NCBI GenBank assembly: GCA_963719315.1
Contig: CAVRBU010000004.1
Span: forward strand, 1 to 64,000
Source: an uncultured Planctomycetota bacterium
GTDB lineage: Bacteria > Planctomycetota > Planctomycetia > Pirellulales > Lacipirellulaceae
Direction: 5' to 3'
Length of the DNA stretch: 64,000 nucleotides
Under the pieces are notes generated by a model. The model made no database searches, had not been told where the DNA came from, and saw only the letters and a list, made by a program, of their open reading frames with translations. Numbering within the stretch: the first letter of the stretch is position 1; each line of letters starts with the position of its first letter. Of this stretch, positions 10,823 to 21,851 are shown in pieces. The translations under genes were made by a program, and so were the position numbers.

Positions 10823-11176
10823 TCACAGCACAACAAATACCTGCCCATCGTCGATGCGTGTTTGATACGCCGACACTCGAATCCGCAGCGGATCATGCAT
10901 CGCGGCGCCGTCGGCCAGATTGAATTCCCAATTGTGCCACGGACACCGCACGGCGCAACTGCCGGCTTTTAACCGATATTCGCCAACGGCGCCGGCGATG
11001 CGCTGGTAGGTTACCAACCCGTCGGAAAGCCGCGCGCCTTGGTGCGGACAGATGTTGCGGAGAGCGAAAACGCGATCACCGCTGCGGACGAACACCAACT
11101 CACGTCCATCGACTTGGAATGATCGCATCGCGCCCTCAGGCAGGTCTTGAAGCGGACAAACGAAAACCTTTTTCAT
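10823..11176 (-). CDS. Rieske [2Fe-2S] ferredoxin
   Basis: CPHQG...CPWH motifs. Confidence 0.9.
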   Translation of the reverse strand: MKKVFVCPLQDLPEGAMRSFQVDGRELVFVRSGDRVFALRNICPHQGARLSDGLVTYQRIAGAVGEYRLKAGSCAVRCPWHNWEFNLADGAAMHDPLRIRVSAYQTRIDDGQVFVVL

Positions 11177-11340
11177 GATAAAGTGAAGTGCGTGGTCGCG
11201 GAACTCGTAAGCAATCCACACGTGAGAATTCCGTTTAATCGAGATACTTGTTCCGTTCGACATTCTCGCGAATTCTACTTCGATCTTAGTTCCGTTTGGA
11301 ACGACGACGAAATCCGCAACGAGGGGCGTCCTCGCGACAA

Positions 11341-12434
11341 TTATGACAAGTTGTAAAACTCAATCGCGTTCTCCGACATGATTCGCTGTCGCAATGCCGG
11401 GGGGATAACGGTCGGCAGTGCCCGCGTGGGGGAATCAAAATCCCAGTGCGGATAATCGGTGGAAAACATCAACATCCGGTCGCTTCCCATGTGTTCGAAG
11501 GTTTGCAGCAAGTAGCTTGGATTTTCCGGCTCTTCCATGGGCTGCGTCGTCAAGCGAATGTGATCGCGGATATACTCGCTCGGCGGACGGCGGACCCACG
11601 GCACTTCCATGCGACAGCCGCGCCAGTCGCGATCGAGTCGCCACATCAGCGACGGCAGCCAGGCCGAGCCGCCTTCGATAATCACGACGCGTAAGTCATG
11701 AAATTTGTCAAAGACCCCTTCGCAGACGAAACTAACAATATGGGCCATCGCCGCCTGCGATAAGTTGACGTGATATTCCAGGTAAAACGACGGCGCGGCG
11801 CCGCTGGCCCGAGGGGGCTCGTGGCCGCCGAAATGGATCGCCACCACTAAGTTGTGCCGACAGGCGGCTTCCCAGATCGGATGAAACCGGCGCTGCCCGT
11901 AGAGTGCGCCGCGCACATCGGCAGAAGAACTTGCACCACGCGAGGATGGCTGCCGGTGCGCTCGATCTCTCGCACAGCCAACGCTGGGTCTTGCCAGGGG
12001 ATGATGATCGAACCGCGCATGCGGAGGTCGCGCTCGTACCATTCTTGGATGACATAGTCGTTATGGGCCGCGCAAAGGGCGGCGCTTAGATCGGCGTTCG
12101 GCAGGCAATCGACGTGGTACAGCGGATTCATGATCGCGCGGTCGATCTTCCAAAAGTCGAAGTGTTGCTGCTGTGTGAACGTCAAATCCGAACCGGGGAC
12201 GCGGCCGTTGGGCGGGTAGCTGTCGTCGCGGGCTGAATCGCGTTTGACCCGCACGTAGCGCGACGGCGGCGGAGCGCGAAAGCCTGACTCACTAACAAAT
12301 TGCCGCCACACATCGGGTAGATACGGTATCAAGTCTTCGATGCTGTTGATCGTGCAATGCACGTCGCAATCGACGAGCTGGATTTTCGTGCTAGCCCTTG
12401 TAGCGGTCGATCGATGTGCTTGGACAGTGCTCAT
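11341..12434 (-). CDS. Amidohydrolase_2-family TIM-barrel metalloenzyme (frameshift near 11910)
   Basis: N-terminal DCDVH, AIHFGG, EGGSAW, TTQP and STDYPHWD motifs. Confidence 0.85.
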
Positions 12435-12472
12435 TTGTTTTGGATCTCCATATATATAACCTTGCGAAGCAC

Positions 12473-13252
12473 CTAATCGCCGAGCGCCTCGCGGAGCTGT
12501 TTAAATTCACGGCTTAAGCCGTTCCGTACGAAACGGATGTCTGCGCTGTGCATCACCAAGTTCGCTCCGGCTTTTGCCCAAGCGGCTTCTCGCTCGATGT
12601 CGTCCCAAAAATGAACGCCCGCGCCCACATTGCGAGAGCGGGCCTGACGAATGACCTCAAGCACAGCTTCCTCGAAGCGCGGATGGTCGTATTTTTCTGG
12701 AACACCCAAACTGCACGAGAGGTCATGCGGACCTATCAGGACGGCATCGACTCCGGGAACGTCGAGCGTCTCGCCCAGACTCTCGATCGCAGGAACACTT
12801 TCGATATTGAGGATGAGAATGTAGTCCTGGTTGCGCTGGTCTAAATATTCGCGCAGCTCGGGCTCACAACTGCTGGGATCACGGAGAATCTTTTCCAAGC
12901 GCCGGCCCTTGAGCGGACGCCAACGCGTTGCTCCAACCAAAGCTCGAACTTGTTCGAGAGTTTCCGTGTAGGGGCCGATGATGCCACTAGCGCCACCGTC
13001 GATGGCTTTCGTCGCTTCGATGGGGTCGGGACTTGGAATGCGCACTACCGGCGGAACGCCAGCCGCCAAAAATGTTTGACACATCCAAGAAAGCGATTCC
13101 CTGTCACGCGGCGTGTGCTCGATGTCGATAAATGCAAACCCCACACCCACCTTGTGCAGTAGTTGCGGCAGTTGCGGCAACGCCATCGTGACGCACGTCG
13201 AGTAGACGAGCTTGCCGCTGTGCAGCGCCTGGCGAATTTCTCGGCCCGTCAT
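12473..13252 (-). CDS. HpcH/HpaI aldolase family protein
   Basis: FIDIEH, VVRIP, NIES, IGPHDLS motifs. Confidence 0.85.
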   Translation of the reverse strand: MTGREIRQALHSGKLVYSTCVTMALPQLPQLLHKVGVGFAFIDIEHTPRDRESLSWMCQTFLAAGVPPVVRIPSPDPIEATKAIDGGASGIIGPYTETLEQVRALVGATRWRPLKGRRLEKILRDPSSCEPELREYLDQRNQDYILILNIESVPAIESLGETLDVPGVDAVLIGPHDLSCSLGVPEKYDHPRFEEAVLEVIRQARSRNVGAGVHFWDDIEREAAWAKAGANLVMHSADIRFVRNGLSREFKQLREALGD

Positions 13253-14346
13253 TGTGGCACCTCCACCGGCGTGTTCGAGCGGGCCGATTCGAGCGCCGCT
13301 TGCACAACGGCACAAATCGTTCGACCGGCACGGGCGTCAAGCATCGTCCCACCGTCCGTGTCGATGGCGTTTGCGAAATCTTCCATCAACAGGAAATCGT
13401 TTTCCACGCCGACACGGCGATGTCGAGATTCTTTGTCAGGCTGACCGCGATAATAGATTGCCACTTCTGGCCGTGATTCGCCAACGGCCAGTGCGCCGTC
13501 GGTCCCCAGCACGCTGATTTTGATTTCGCCCAGGTCGGGATGGCTGGCGGCGCCGATCCGCCCCAAACAGATCGTCCCCAACACGCCGCGGTCCATTTCG
13601 AGCGCAACGGTGGCGAGGTCTTCGACCGCATGATCAACGTTTATCTGGTGAAAATGAGTGGCCGCACGAGCGAAGACTCGCTCCACTTTCAATTCGGTCA
13701 GCGTGTGGATGTAGGCCAAAGGATAAATGCCTTCGATCTGTAGCTCACCCATTGGCTCGTGACCGAGGCCGCCATCGGAGCCATCTGCGTGCGCTGCGAT
13801 CTGGTGTTCGAGCCAATCAATCCGCGGTTCGCCGGCGAGACGAGACCCCTTCGGTGGGCCGGAGTCCTTGGCGAAAAAGAAATCGACGTGAATGGCATAC
13901 GGTTCGCCTATAGCTCCCGCGGCAATGGCGTGCTTTGCCTGTATCAAGCTCGGCAAACAGTTTCGATTCCACATCAGGAATTTGACTCGATTTCGGTCGA
14001 CCGCTTCGATCAATCGATTGCAATCGGTCAAGCGACTGGACATCGGCTTATCTTGAACGATGTGCAGTCCGGCGTTGGCGGCGCGGATGCTCAAGTCGCA
14101 GTGCCGCTCGATCTCTGAACTGACGATGGCAACTTGTCCGCAGTAGTCCGCCATCGCCCGATCTACATCGCGGACATACGGAATTTGGAATTCGTCGGCA
14201 AACCTCTGATTACGCGCGTGTGCCCAGTCGGGTCGGTTCGGATCATCTGCAACTGCTATCAGCTCAAAGCGCGGATGTGCCGCCGCCGCTCGCGCGACAT
14301 AATCGTGCTTAACCGTGCTTAGTACGACACATCGGAAACGGTTCAT
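13249..14346 (-). CDS. Gfo/Idh/MocA oxidoreductase
   Basis: ERHCDLSIRAANAGLHIVQDKP; C-terminal AALESARSN; ATGA overlap with the aldolase start. Confidence 0.8.
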   Translation of the reverse strand: MNRFRCVVLSTVKHDYVARAAAAHPRFELIAVADDPNRPDWAHARNQRFADEFQIPYVRDVDRAMADYCGQVAIVSSEIERHCDLSIRAANAGLHIVQDKPMSSRLTDCNRLIEAVDRNRVKFLMWNRNCLPSLIQAKHAIAAGAIGEPYAIHVDFFFAKDSGPPKGSRLAGEPRIDWLEHQIAAHADGSDGGLGHEPMGELQIEGIYPLAYIHTLTELKVERVFARAATHFHQINVDHAVEDLATVALEMDRGVLGTICLGRIGAASHPDLGEIKISVLGTDGALAVGESRPEVAIYYRGQPDKESRHRRVGVENDFLLMEDFANAIDTDGGTMLDARAGRTICAVVQAALESARSNTPVEVPQ

Positions 14347-14377
14347 ATAATCGCTCGGTCGGACGAATACGGAGACG

Positions 14378-15364
14378 TTAAATCGCGCCAACTAACACTT
14401 CGGAGTGGTTTGTGTAACTAATCGCCCGATGCGTTTCCAACGATTCGGCGATGGCCTCCGTCACTTTCGCGGCGCGAACCATGTTCGACCCGCTGCCGAG
14501 TGGCTCACGGTTTTCCTCGATTGCCGCCACGAATTCCCGTAATATGCTGCGCCGTTGGCTGTCGGCCAAGTCAGCACGAAGTGCCGTTGGCGGTCCTCCG
14601 CGGTAGAGTAACTGTGTATTGTGTTGGTCGTCGGCGTAGGCTGCTCCCCTGGAGCAGACGAACGTCAAAGAAAAATAGCCGTCGCCCGGTGGCAGCGTCC
14701 GAGCGTGATCAATCAGGGCCATACCACCGCCAACAAAGCCAAAGTGCGTTTGCAGGTATTCGTAGTCCGACGTGGTCGAATTCCGGTCCATGCTTTTTGT
14801 CGCGGGTCGTGCTGACGCGTAGACACAATTTGGAACCCTGTCGTACAGCCAGATGGTCAGATCAATGGCTGCCGTAAGTATCCCTGGAGATCGTGTTCCC
14901 ACGGCGTCCCAACAATGCATGCGCAGCAAGCCTGGCTCGCCGAGTTGGCCGGAATTCCGGCTTTTCCAAATGGCTTGCACCTGCGGTAGACAACGGAAGG
15001 AATCGCCCGCCATCAGGCGAACGCCGGCATCGACGCAACCGGCGTCTATGGCAGCACAATCTCGCGGCGAAAGTGCGAGAAATCGTTGAAACAGCAGATG
15101 CTTTCCAGCTTCGGCGGCGCGATGGCAGTCGACCAAACAACGATGAGGATCGCCGAGAACGATGACGGCGTCAAATTGAGCTGCGTGACGCGAAAGTAGC
15201 GACGCAACGTCATCGGTGACAACTTCGATACTGTCATCGGCGATTCGCGCGGTGCGCGCACCGCAAACCACGAGTGCGGCCAGCGTCGCATTACCGATTT
15301 GTGAGATGGCGCGAGCGAATCTCGCTGCGTCATCCATCGCGCCAAGTAGTGCTAGTCGAACCAT
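14378..15364 (-). CDS. Divergent Gfo/Idh/MocA-like protein
   Basis: AAEAGKHLL, GQLGEPGLLRMH, AIAESLET; the EKP motif is not conserved. Confidence 0.65.
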   Translation of the reverse strand: MVRLALLGAMDDAARFARAISQIGNATLAALVVCGARTARIADDSIEVVTDDVASLLSRHAAQFDAVIVLGDPHRCLVDCHRAAEAGKHLLFQRFLALSPRDCAAIDAGCVDAGVRLMAGDSFRCLPQVQAIWKSRNSGQLGEPGLLRMHCWDAVGTRSPGILTAAIDLTIWLYDRVPNCVYASARPATKSMDRNSTTSDYEYLQTHFGFVGGGMALIDHARTLPPGDGYFSLTFVCSRGAAYADDQHNTQLLYRGGPPTALRADLADSQRRSILREFVAAIEENREPLGSGSNMVRAAKVTEAIAESLETHRAISYTNHSEVLVGAI

Positions 15365-15436
15365 AAGTCCTAATTTCTAATTCGGTCGGACCATCGTCTG
15401 CGTCGCCCTTGCCAACAGGGAATCGCTGCACCGTAA

Positions 15437-16821
15437 TTAATCCTCCAATTGGCGAGTCGTCGTATCCGGCGCGAGCCAGATTGCCAGCGCGCCAACGAGG
15501 AAGATCAAACTGGTCGCTCGGCCAATACGTGCGTAGTTGCCACCAAAATATGTAGTGATCGCTCCCGTGGTAAAAATTGTCAGCGCCGTCAAAAGTCGAC
15601 CGGTATTGAATGATACTCCCGCGCCGGTGGTGCGAACCCGCGTCGGAAATAATTCCGGAAGGAACAAAGGCAGCCAGCCGAAGTAAATGCCGCTGAAAAA
15701 CCCTAGCGCACCAACCCAAATCAGAAACGTCGAATCGGTCGGCACGAGCAGCCAAAACGTCCACTGGGCACAAAAGAGTGCTGCGACGCTCACCAAGCAA
15801 TATGACATTCGCCGACCGAACCTGTGGGCAAACCAGCCGCCGAGTAAGCTGCCAAACATGCCGGTCAGGGCACGTGCGGTGCCGACTTCTGCTTTGAGGT
15901 AAGGATTGGGCGGACTTACTTGCTCACCGACTTTTTCCGCCCAGGGAACCATCCAATTGGCACTACCCCACCCTCCGATCATGGGCACGGTGGCGACGCA
16001 ATCCCTACCAGCGTGATGGAAAACAGCGGAGGGCGAAAAATACTTGGTTCGCGTTCGGTGAAGAGCACATCGCCGACCGCACCCCTACTGGCCGATTTCC
16101 AACGCGGCGATTCTGGAACGATCAGCAACGCTAGTATTCCAAGCACGACCGGTCCAGCGCATACGAGAAGAGGCCAGTGCCAATCGGCAGGCGTAATTCG
16201 TATTTGTGTTCCCAATGTCGACATCGCAAACAATCCAACGTTTGCGGCCATGCCTATGATTCCCGCCACGAGTGGGCGCGACAAATTGGGCCAAGTTTCA
16301 GAAACCAGCGCTATTCCATTGGGCCACATGCCACCGACGCCCCAGCAAGCGAAAAACCATATTACGAGCAGTTGGCCAGGGGTTTGGGACTTCGTCGCCA
16401 TCGCCGCGAGGACCGAATAGCACAGAATGCTGCACGCCATTCCTTTCGCTCGGCCAACTCGATCGCCCAATCGCCCCAGTGCAAATCCGCCAGTCGCCGC
16501 GCCCAGCAGCCATGCGCATTGATAATTCGCATACCATCCTTTAATGAGTCCCTCTTGCAAGCTATGTGCGGCTTTTTCAGCGGACGACAAGGGCGGCGCA
16601 GCACCTGGGCCCTGCTGATGTTTTTGAATTGCTCGGTTGAACGCTTGATACTGTGCCAAGTCGAGGCTGCCGGTGCGGGAAAGCAAATCGATCGCGGCCG
16701 AGCGCATTGTCAAAGTCGATGTCGACATCACCATGCCGGCAAAGAACCAACCAAGGAACGCAATGGTCAATACCACGTAGCGCTCGCGAGCGGGCAATAT
16801 GTTGTGTTTTTCCTCAAGCAT
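15437..16821 (-). CDS. MFS transporter (frameshift near 15985)
   Basis: GRLGDRVGR motif A, VPESPRW, LPELFPTRVR, multiple hydrophobic helices. Confidence 0.9.
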
Positions 16822-16828
16822 CGGTAAT

Positions 16829-18039
16829 TCAAGACAACGGGTGTTGTCGATGGGTGAGCGGCAGCGAGACTCGGCCACCGGCTAAGTGGGCGGCGTACAC
16901 GGCCTGCACCATTTCAACCGCCACACTTGCCGTCGTACCGCTCGTAATTGGCTCGCGGTCTTCCTCGATCGATCGCAAAAGGTCTGCCGCGAGCTGCATC
17001 TTGCACCAGTCGAATCGCTCCGGCGGTTTCATTGCCAGCCATTCCGGCCGGCCGAGTTGTTCCCACTTCTGTTGCTTGCCGGGAAGAACTGCCGGCTCGG
17101 GAAGGAAGAATTGCTCGGCGGTATCGAGGCGAATGAGCGCGATCCCTTTCGAGCAGGTAATTTCAATTGCTTGACGTTTGCCAACGCCCCACTCGCTCGC
17201 GGCTACCTTCGACTCAAATGAACCATGCACGCCACCGTTAAAGCCGTACATGGCGGAAATGCAATCACCTGCGATTGGACCAATCGGCTCGGTACCTTGG
17301 TGGGCATCGCTGCGTGCCACCGAGCGGTCGCCAACCAGCACTTCGGCCGAAGCCCATCGGGGCAAACCAGCCAGGAAGCTCATCAAATCAAAGTGATGGC
17401 AACCAAGCACCGCTAAGTCTTCGCCCCCCGCACGGTGATCCTCTTTGCCGCGAGGCGCATTTGCAGAATTTTGCCAAGTTGGCCGTTGTCGAGTCGTGCT
17501 TTGAGTTCTGTGATGCCGGATGCCGCTCGCTGCGGGTGATCTACGGCGATCTTCACGCCGGCGTTTTTGCAAGCGGCCAGCATCCGGTCGGCGCTGGCGG
17601 CGTCGATGGCCAGCGGTTTTTCGCAAAAGACATGGCAACCCGCCGCGGCACAGGCTGTGACCATTGCTTCCCGCTGATCGAGCCAGCGTGGTGCAACAGT
17701 TACAACGTCGAGCCCTTCGTGCTCGAGCATTTTTCGGTAGTCGTCGTGCAGACGGTTTATGCCTAAGCGTTTGCCAGCGATTTCGCGCCCCTTGGCGTCG
17801 TCATCGGCTACGGCGACGATTTTCGCGTTCGGCAAGCGTCTCCAGATGAGGTCCAATGCGTGCCCATAATCACCTCTTCCCGTGGAACCGATGATACCGA
17901 TGCGAAACGTCCTCTTGGACCTTCCCGTCAACGAAACAGGGGTCGTTGATATATCCGCTCCGACCGAGCGTCGAGTGCCGGCGAATAGGGTGCCGACCAA
18001 TGCGGCGGACGAGCCTTGAAGAAACGTTCGTCGTATCAT
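16829..18039 (-). CDS. Tat-exported Gfo/Idh/MocA oxidoreductase (frameshift near 17455)
   Basis: IRRTFL, GSTGRGDYGH, FCEKP, RGKEDHRAGGEDL. Confidence 0.85.
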
Positions 18040-18074
18040 TGCCAATCATCTTCCCATGCATGCGCCGTCTTGCA

Positions 18075-18644
18075 TCAGTGTTTCGCGCGTTCCAAGGTAA
18101 GAAGCAACTCATTGCTCTCTGGTTTGATCGTAATTTCGAGCCCGGAGGTTTGATAACTCTGAAATCGCGGATCGAACGGAAGCGACTGGTTTGGCGAATC
18201 CCTCAGTCGCGACGGATAACTGTAGGTGACCGAAGCGACATATTTTCCGGCAGGAGCTCCGTCGCCCGGAGCGTACGTCCGCAGAACAAACGTGCCGTCG
18301 GTCTGCACCTGTCCCCGCGGGTTGACGGGGATCGATGGACCGCCGCCGCCCTTCCCGGTCAGTGTAATAGTCGATTGAGCGAGCTCTTTCGCCGGTTGGC
18401 CATCGCTCCACCTCACGATGCCGCTAGCGGGAAAGGTTGGCTGGGGTTGCTTGGCCCCGCAGCCGCCAATCGCGAACAGCGCACATCCGGCGCAAAGCCA
18501 ACCAACAACGGTCGTCGCGGGGAAAGCTGAATAGTACGGCTTATTCCCGAATGAGAATCGCACCTTAACCCCGCGCGTTCCGATGGTTTCATTTTTGGGT
18601 GCCAAAGCCGCGTTTTTCAGAACAAATGATTCGGAAAAAGTCAC
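18075..18644 (-). CDS. DUF1559-associated small lipoprotein (carboxypeptidase-regulatory-like Ig fold)
   Basis: GGCG lipobox-like site, [29 protein letters not shown]; adjacent to the DUF1559 gene; start uncertain. Confidence 0.75.
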   Translation of the reverse strand: MTFSESFVLKNAALAPKNETIGTRGVKVRFSFGNKPYYSAFPATTVVGWLCAGCALFAIGGCGAKQPQPTFPASGIVRWSDGQPAKELAQSTITLTGKGGGGPSIPVNPRGQVQTDGTFVLRTYAPGDGAPAGKYVASVTYSYPSRLRDSPNQSLPFDPRFQSYQTSGLEITIKPESNELLLTLERAKH

Positions 18645-19663
18645 GGATTCGTAACAGGATCGCCATCCCGACGATCGGCCAAGCGACGCAAGACGTTAAG
18701 ATCTGTGGTCATCGAAATACCGGTCACACTTCCATCTGCGAATGCAAAATGGCACACACCTGGGTGCATGCTTCCAAATTGCACGGCTCGATCGGTATTG
18801 TTCAAATCATCGTTCGGGCTTTGGGCCAGCGGGTAATCGCCCGTAATGCCCGAGCCGACGGTGCGGATCAGGCTATCAAACAAATCGTCGTTGTAAGTCG
18901 AAATATCACCTCCGGCAACCATGCCGAACTCCTCTGGGCGAACGTGCTTCTCGCCGAAGAGGAATGTTTTGCTTGACCCGTCCGTGATTTTGGCGATCGA
19001 AAGTCGATAACTCCACTCGACCGTAGTTGAATTCACGAAGACTTCCTTTCCGCCGACCACGCGCGGAAAGAGCATCGTGCCGTTTGGTACATAAGGTTTT
19101 GTAAACGACCATCCGGTTTGGGCGCCGCACTTGAACGTGTCAAGACTTCCCGCATTGCCGGCGTAGTCGGAGAGCGCCCCTGGGCCGCCGATCATACCGC
19201 TGCCAGAGACGTTCCGAGTGTTTCTTTCCTTACTGACGAACTCGTCCGGTCGACGACGGGACGGGCAAGTATAAATCGGCGGCGCCGTGCGCTGCGCCGT
19301 ATCGCTGACACGATAATAGGTGCTTATGGCGGTCGTATAAGGCACGCTTAGGTCGTGCTGCCACAGGTCGACAATCGCGGGTTCCTCAACATAGGGCATG
19401 AGCAGCAGTGCCCAAGTTGCCTCGCCGCTGCCCGTGAGTAACGCTGGGGGGAAAGTCCCGTGAGTCGAATGGTAATTGTGCGCACCTAGCGCGATTTGCT
19501 TGAGGTTGTTGATACATTGGCTTCTTCGCGCCGCTTCGCGCGCTGCTTGCACGGCCGGAAGCAAGAGCGCCACAAGAATACCGATGATGGCGATGACCAC
19601 CAACAATTCGACCAACGTAAAACCGCACCGCTTCGAAGCGGCAACCGACGTTTGCCAATTCAT
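18641..19663 (-). CDS. DUF1559 prepilin-type protein with H-X9-DG C-terminal motif
   Basis: [60 protein letters not shown]. Confidence 0.95.
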   Translation of the reverse strand: MNWQTSVAASKRCGFTLVELLVVIAIIGILVALLLPAVQAAREAARRSQCINNLKQIALGAHNYHSTHGTFPPALLTGSGEATWALLLMPYVEEPAIVDLWQHDLSVPYTTAISTYYRVSDTAQRTAPPIYTCPSRRRPDEFVSKERNTRNVSGSGMIGGPGALSDYAGNAGSLDTFKCGAQTGWSFTKPYVPNGTMLFPRVVGGKEVFVNSTTVEWSYRLSIAKITDGSSKTFLFGEKHVRPEEFGMVAGGDISTYNDDLFDSLIRTVGSGITGDYPLAQSPNDDLNNTDRAVQFGSMHPGVCHFAFADGSVTGISMTTDLNVLRRLADRRDGDPVTNP

Positions 19664-19726
19664 CGCTTCGTTCCTTGCCTGCCCAGCTAGATATACTCCA
19701 CGACTTCCACGGCTAGTGTCATCGGT

Positions 19727-20701
19727 CTATGGTCGCCGCCGAACGACCAATCCACTGATGATCCCGGCTACTACTAACATAGCAGTAGTCGGTTCCGGTA
19801 CGCTCGCGCTGCCGGCAATTCCGCTGCCGCTGCCCGGCGGATTGCCGAAGTTCGCCCGCCATAGCGAATATCGTTCCGCCTGGGTGGTTAAGCCGTCGTC
19901 ATTCGGCAGAGAAGTATTAGCGAGGTCATTCTTGCGCCACGTGGCGTAGTCGCCCGCGTCCACCTTGCCGTCAGAGTTAAAGTCGCCAAGTTGTGCAGCC
20001 GCGCTTTGGAGGATGAATGCTAAATCCGTCAGCCCGTCGGTGAAGCCGCTACTTACCGATCCGTTCGAAGGATGAAATCGAAACATCTGGCCGCCATCAT
20101 ACGGGTCGCCGCCTCGATTCAAGTAGATTCCGCCGACATCGAGACCGCTACTGCCCAATTGGTAATTGCCATTAAAGTCGGAGTAGTCGAGTCCAAGGCG
20201 AAATCCATAAATCCCTGGTGTGAGTTCCACGTTCGCCACGTCAAACGTCATCCAAACGATGTTTTCATCAGCGGTGAGCCCCACCTCACTGTGGACGGGA
20301 ATCGTCGGCATTGCCCCGGTGTTTGGGAAACCCGTTAGGCTCGTGCCGTTAGGAGCGGTTACATCCCCCTCCGCGTCATAAACGTCTATATACAGTTGCA
20401 GGCCGGAGGCCGGGAATTGATCGGACTGAGAAACCATGAGTGTGATCTTGTCGAGCGTGAAACTCGACGCGACGGTAAACGTTTGGCCAACCTTGCGCCA
20501 AGCCGAAACGTTGCCCGCGAGAGTCTTTCGGATGGCCTCGAATGGGAAGCCTTCCGGGTTGGAATAGCTACTAATCGTACTTTGACTAATCTCAACGTTG
20601 CTGGTGGGCGGCGAATCCAATGCGCTGGCGGTGATGTTCATACCGAACACCGGCATGGACCACAACGCAAGTAAGGCAGCGACGGGGACTACGAATCTCA
20701 T
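19727..20701 (-). CDS. PEP-CTERM exported protein with dockerin-like module
   Basis: Signal peptide; GDFNSDGKVDAGDYATWRKN...RANFG; VPEPT + TM helix + RRRP. Confidence 0.9.
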   Translation of the reverse strand: MRFVVPVAALLALWSMPVFGMNITASALDSPPTSNVEISQSTISSYSNPEGFPFEAIRKTLAGNVSAWRKVGQTFTVASSFTLDKITLMVSQSDQFPASGLQLYIDVYDAEGDVTAPNGTSLTGFPNTGAMPTIPVHSEVGLTADENIVWMTFDVANVELTPGIYGFRLGLDYSDFNGNYQLGSSGLDVGGIYLNRGGDPYDGGQMFRFHPSNGSVSSGFTDGLTDLAFILQSAAAQLGDFNSDGKVDAGDYATWRKNDLANTSLPNDDGLTTQAERYSLWRANFGNPPGSGSGIAGSASVPEPTTAMLVVAGIISGLVVRRRP

Positions 20702-21071
20702 TGGTGATTCCCTTTATCTTATGCTATTGCTTGGCAACAACGCGCATTCATTCGCCGGCAATATACCGGGCGTAAGGTCGACCGGATTTCCTGGCGACCA
20801 CCCGCTAGTCGTTGGCAACTGCCACACAGCACGGATCACAGGATAACTTGAATAGCATTGTATCGGTGAAGCCCGTTCAATGGATCACTCCGTTACGTCC
20901 GAAGCAGTCTTGTATCGTTCCAGACTTCGGATTTTGGAGCCGCACGTACAGCGAAATCAATCGCAGCACAAGCAAACCGACTTTTGCGATGGTATTGCCC
21001 GCTTGCTCCTGTCGATCCAAAATCCTCCGTCTGAAACGGGCCTGCCCCAATTGACTAGCATAACCGAGTTT

Positions 21072-21851
21072 TCACGAAATGTGCCGACGCTGACATCCGG
21101 CAATGAGCCCCAACAAGCCCAAGCCTGCCAGGGCGAATGTCGAAGGCTCCGGCACCGACGTGCCTTGGATAATGAACACCAAGTCCGTTGCCGGCGAGTC
21201 ATACGAAGGTGCTGACGGAAAGCGGCGGAACATTTGCCCGTCTGGATATGGGTCAACGGGATCGTCCGGGGAACTGCTACCTGTGCGCCAGACGGCAATG
21301 CCGCCCTCGCCACTGCCCCTGTCACCGAGTGAGTTTGCCGACGCTTGAGCCGAAAAGCCAATCCGGAACCCATAGATTCCGGGCGTCAGCGCGATATTCG
21401 TAACGTCGAATGTCATCCAATCTTCGTCATTGTAGGTTAGCATTCCGCTCGTGCCGTTATCCGGATAGCCCGATACGCTGCCCTGACCCGCGAAATCGGT
21501 AACGCTGTTTGCACTAAACACATCCATATATAGGGGCAGCAAATTATTAAGGTAACCATACGGGTCCAGCTCAGTACCGGATGGCTGCAAGATTCTGACT
21601 GAGATCTTGTCGAGCGTGAACGCGGACGTGACCGTGAACGTCTGCCCAATCTCGCGGTAGTTAGTGCCCGTAGCTGCCCGGCGAACGACCTGTTCAAAGC
21701 GGGTAAAAACGTCGCCAGGATCCTCCATCAACTGGCTGATCTGAATGTTCCCCGTCGGCTGCGATGCGGAAGTCGTAATGGTCGAAGCGTCGATCCGCAC
21801 CGCGATCAATCCGGCGAGCAAAACAATTGTGGGAATTACAAACCATCTCAT
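21072..21851 (-). CDS. PEP-CTERM exported protein, paralog of 19727-20701
   Basis: Signal peptide; shared GQTFTV..FTLDKI, WMTFDV.N..LTPGIYGFR and DPY..GQMFR blocks; VPEPS + TM helix + basic tail. Confidence 0.9.
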   Translation of the reverse strand: MRWFVIPTIVLLAGLIAVRIDASTITTSASQPTGNIQISQLMEDPGDVFTRFEQVVRRAATGTNYREIGQTFTVTSAFTLDKISVRILQPSGTELDPYGYLNNLLPLYMDVFSANSVTDFAGQGSVSGYPDNGTSGMLTYNDEDWMTFDVTNIALTPGIYGFRIGFSAQASANSLGDRGSGEGGIAVWRTGSSSPDDPVDPYPDGQMFRRFPSAPSYDSPATDLVFIIQGTSVPEPSTFALAGLGLLGLIAGCQRRHIS

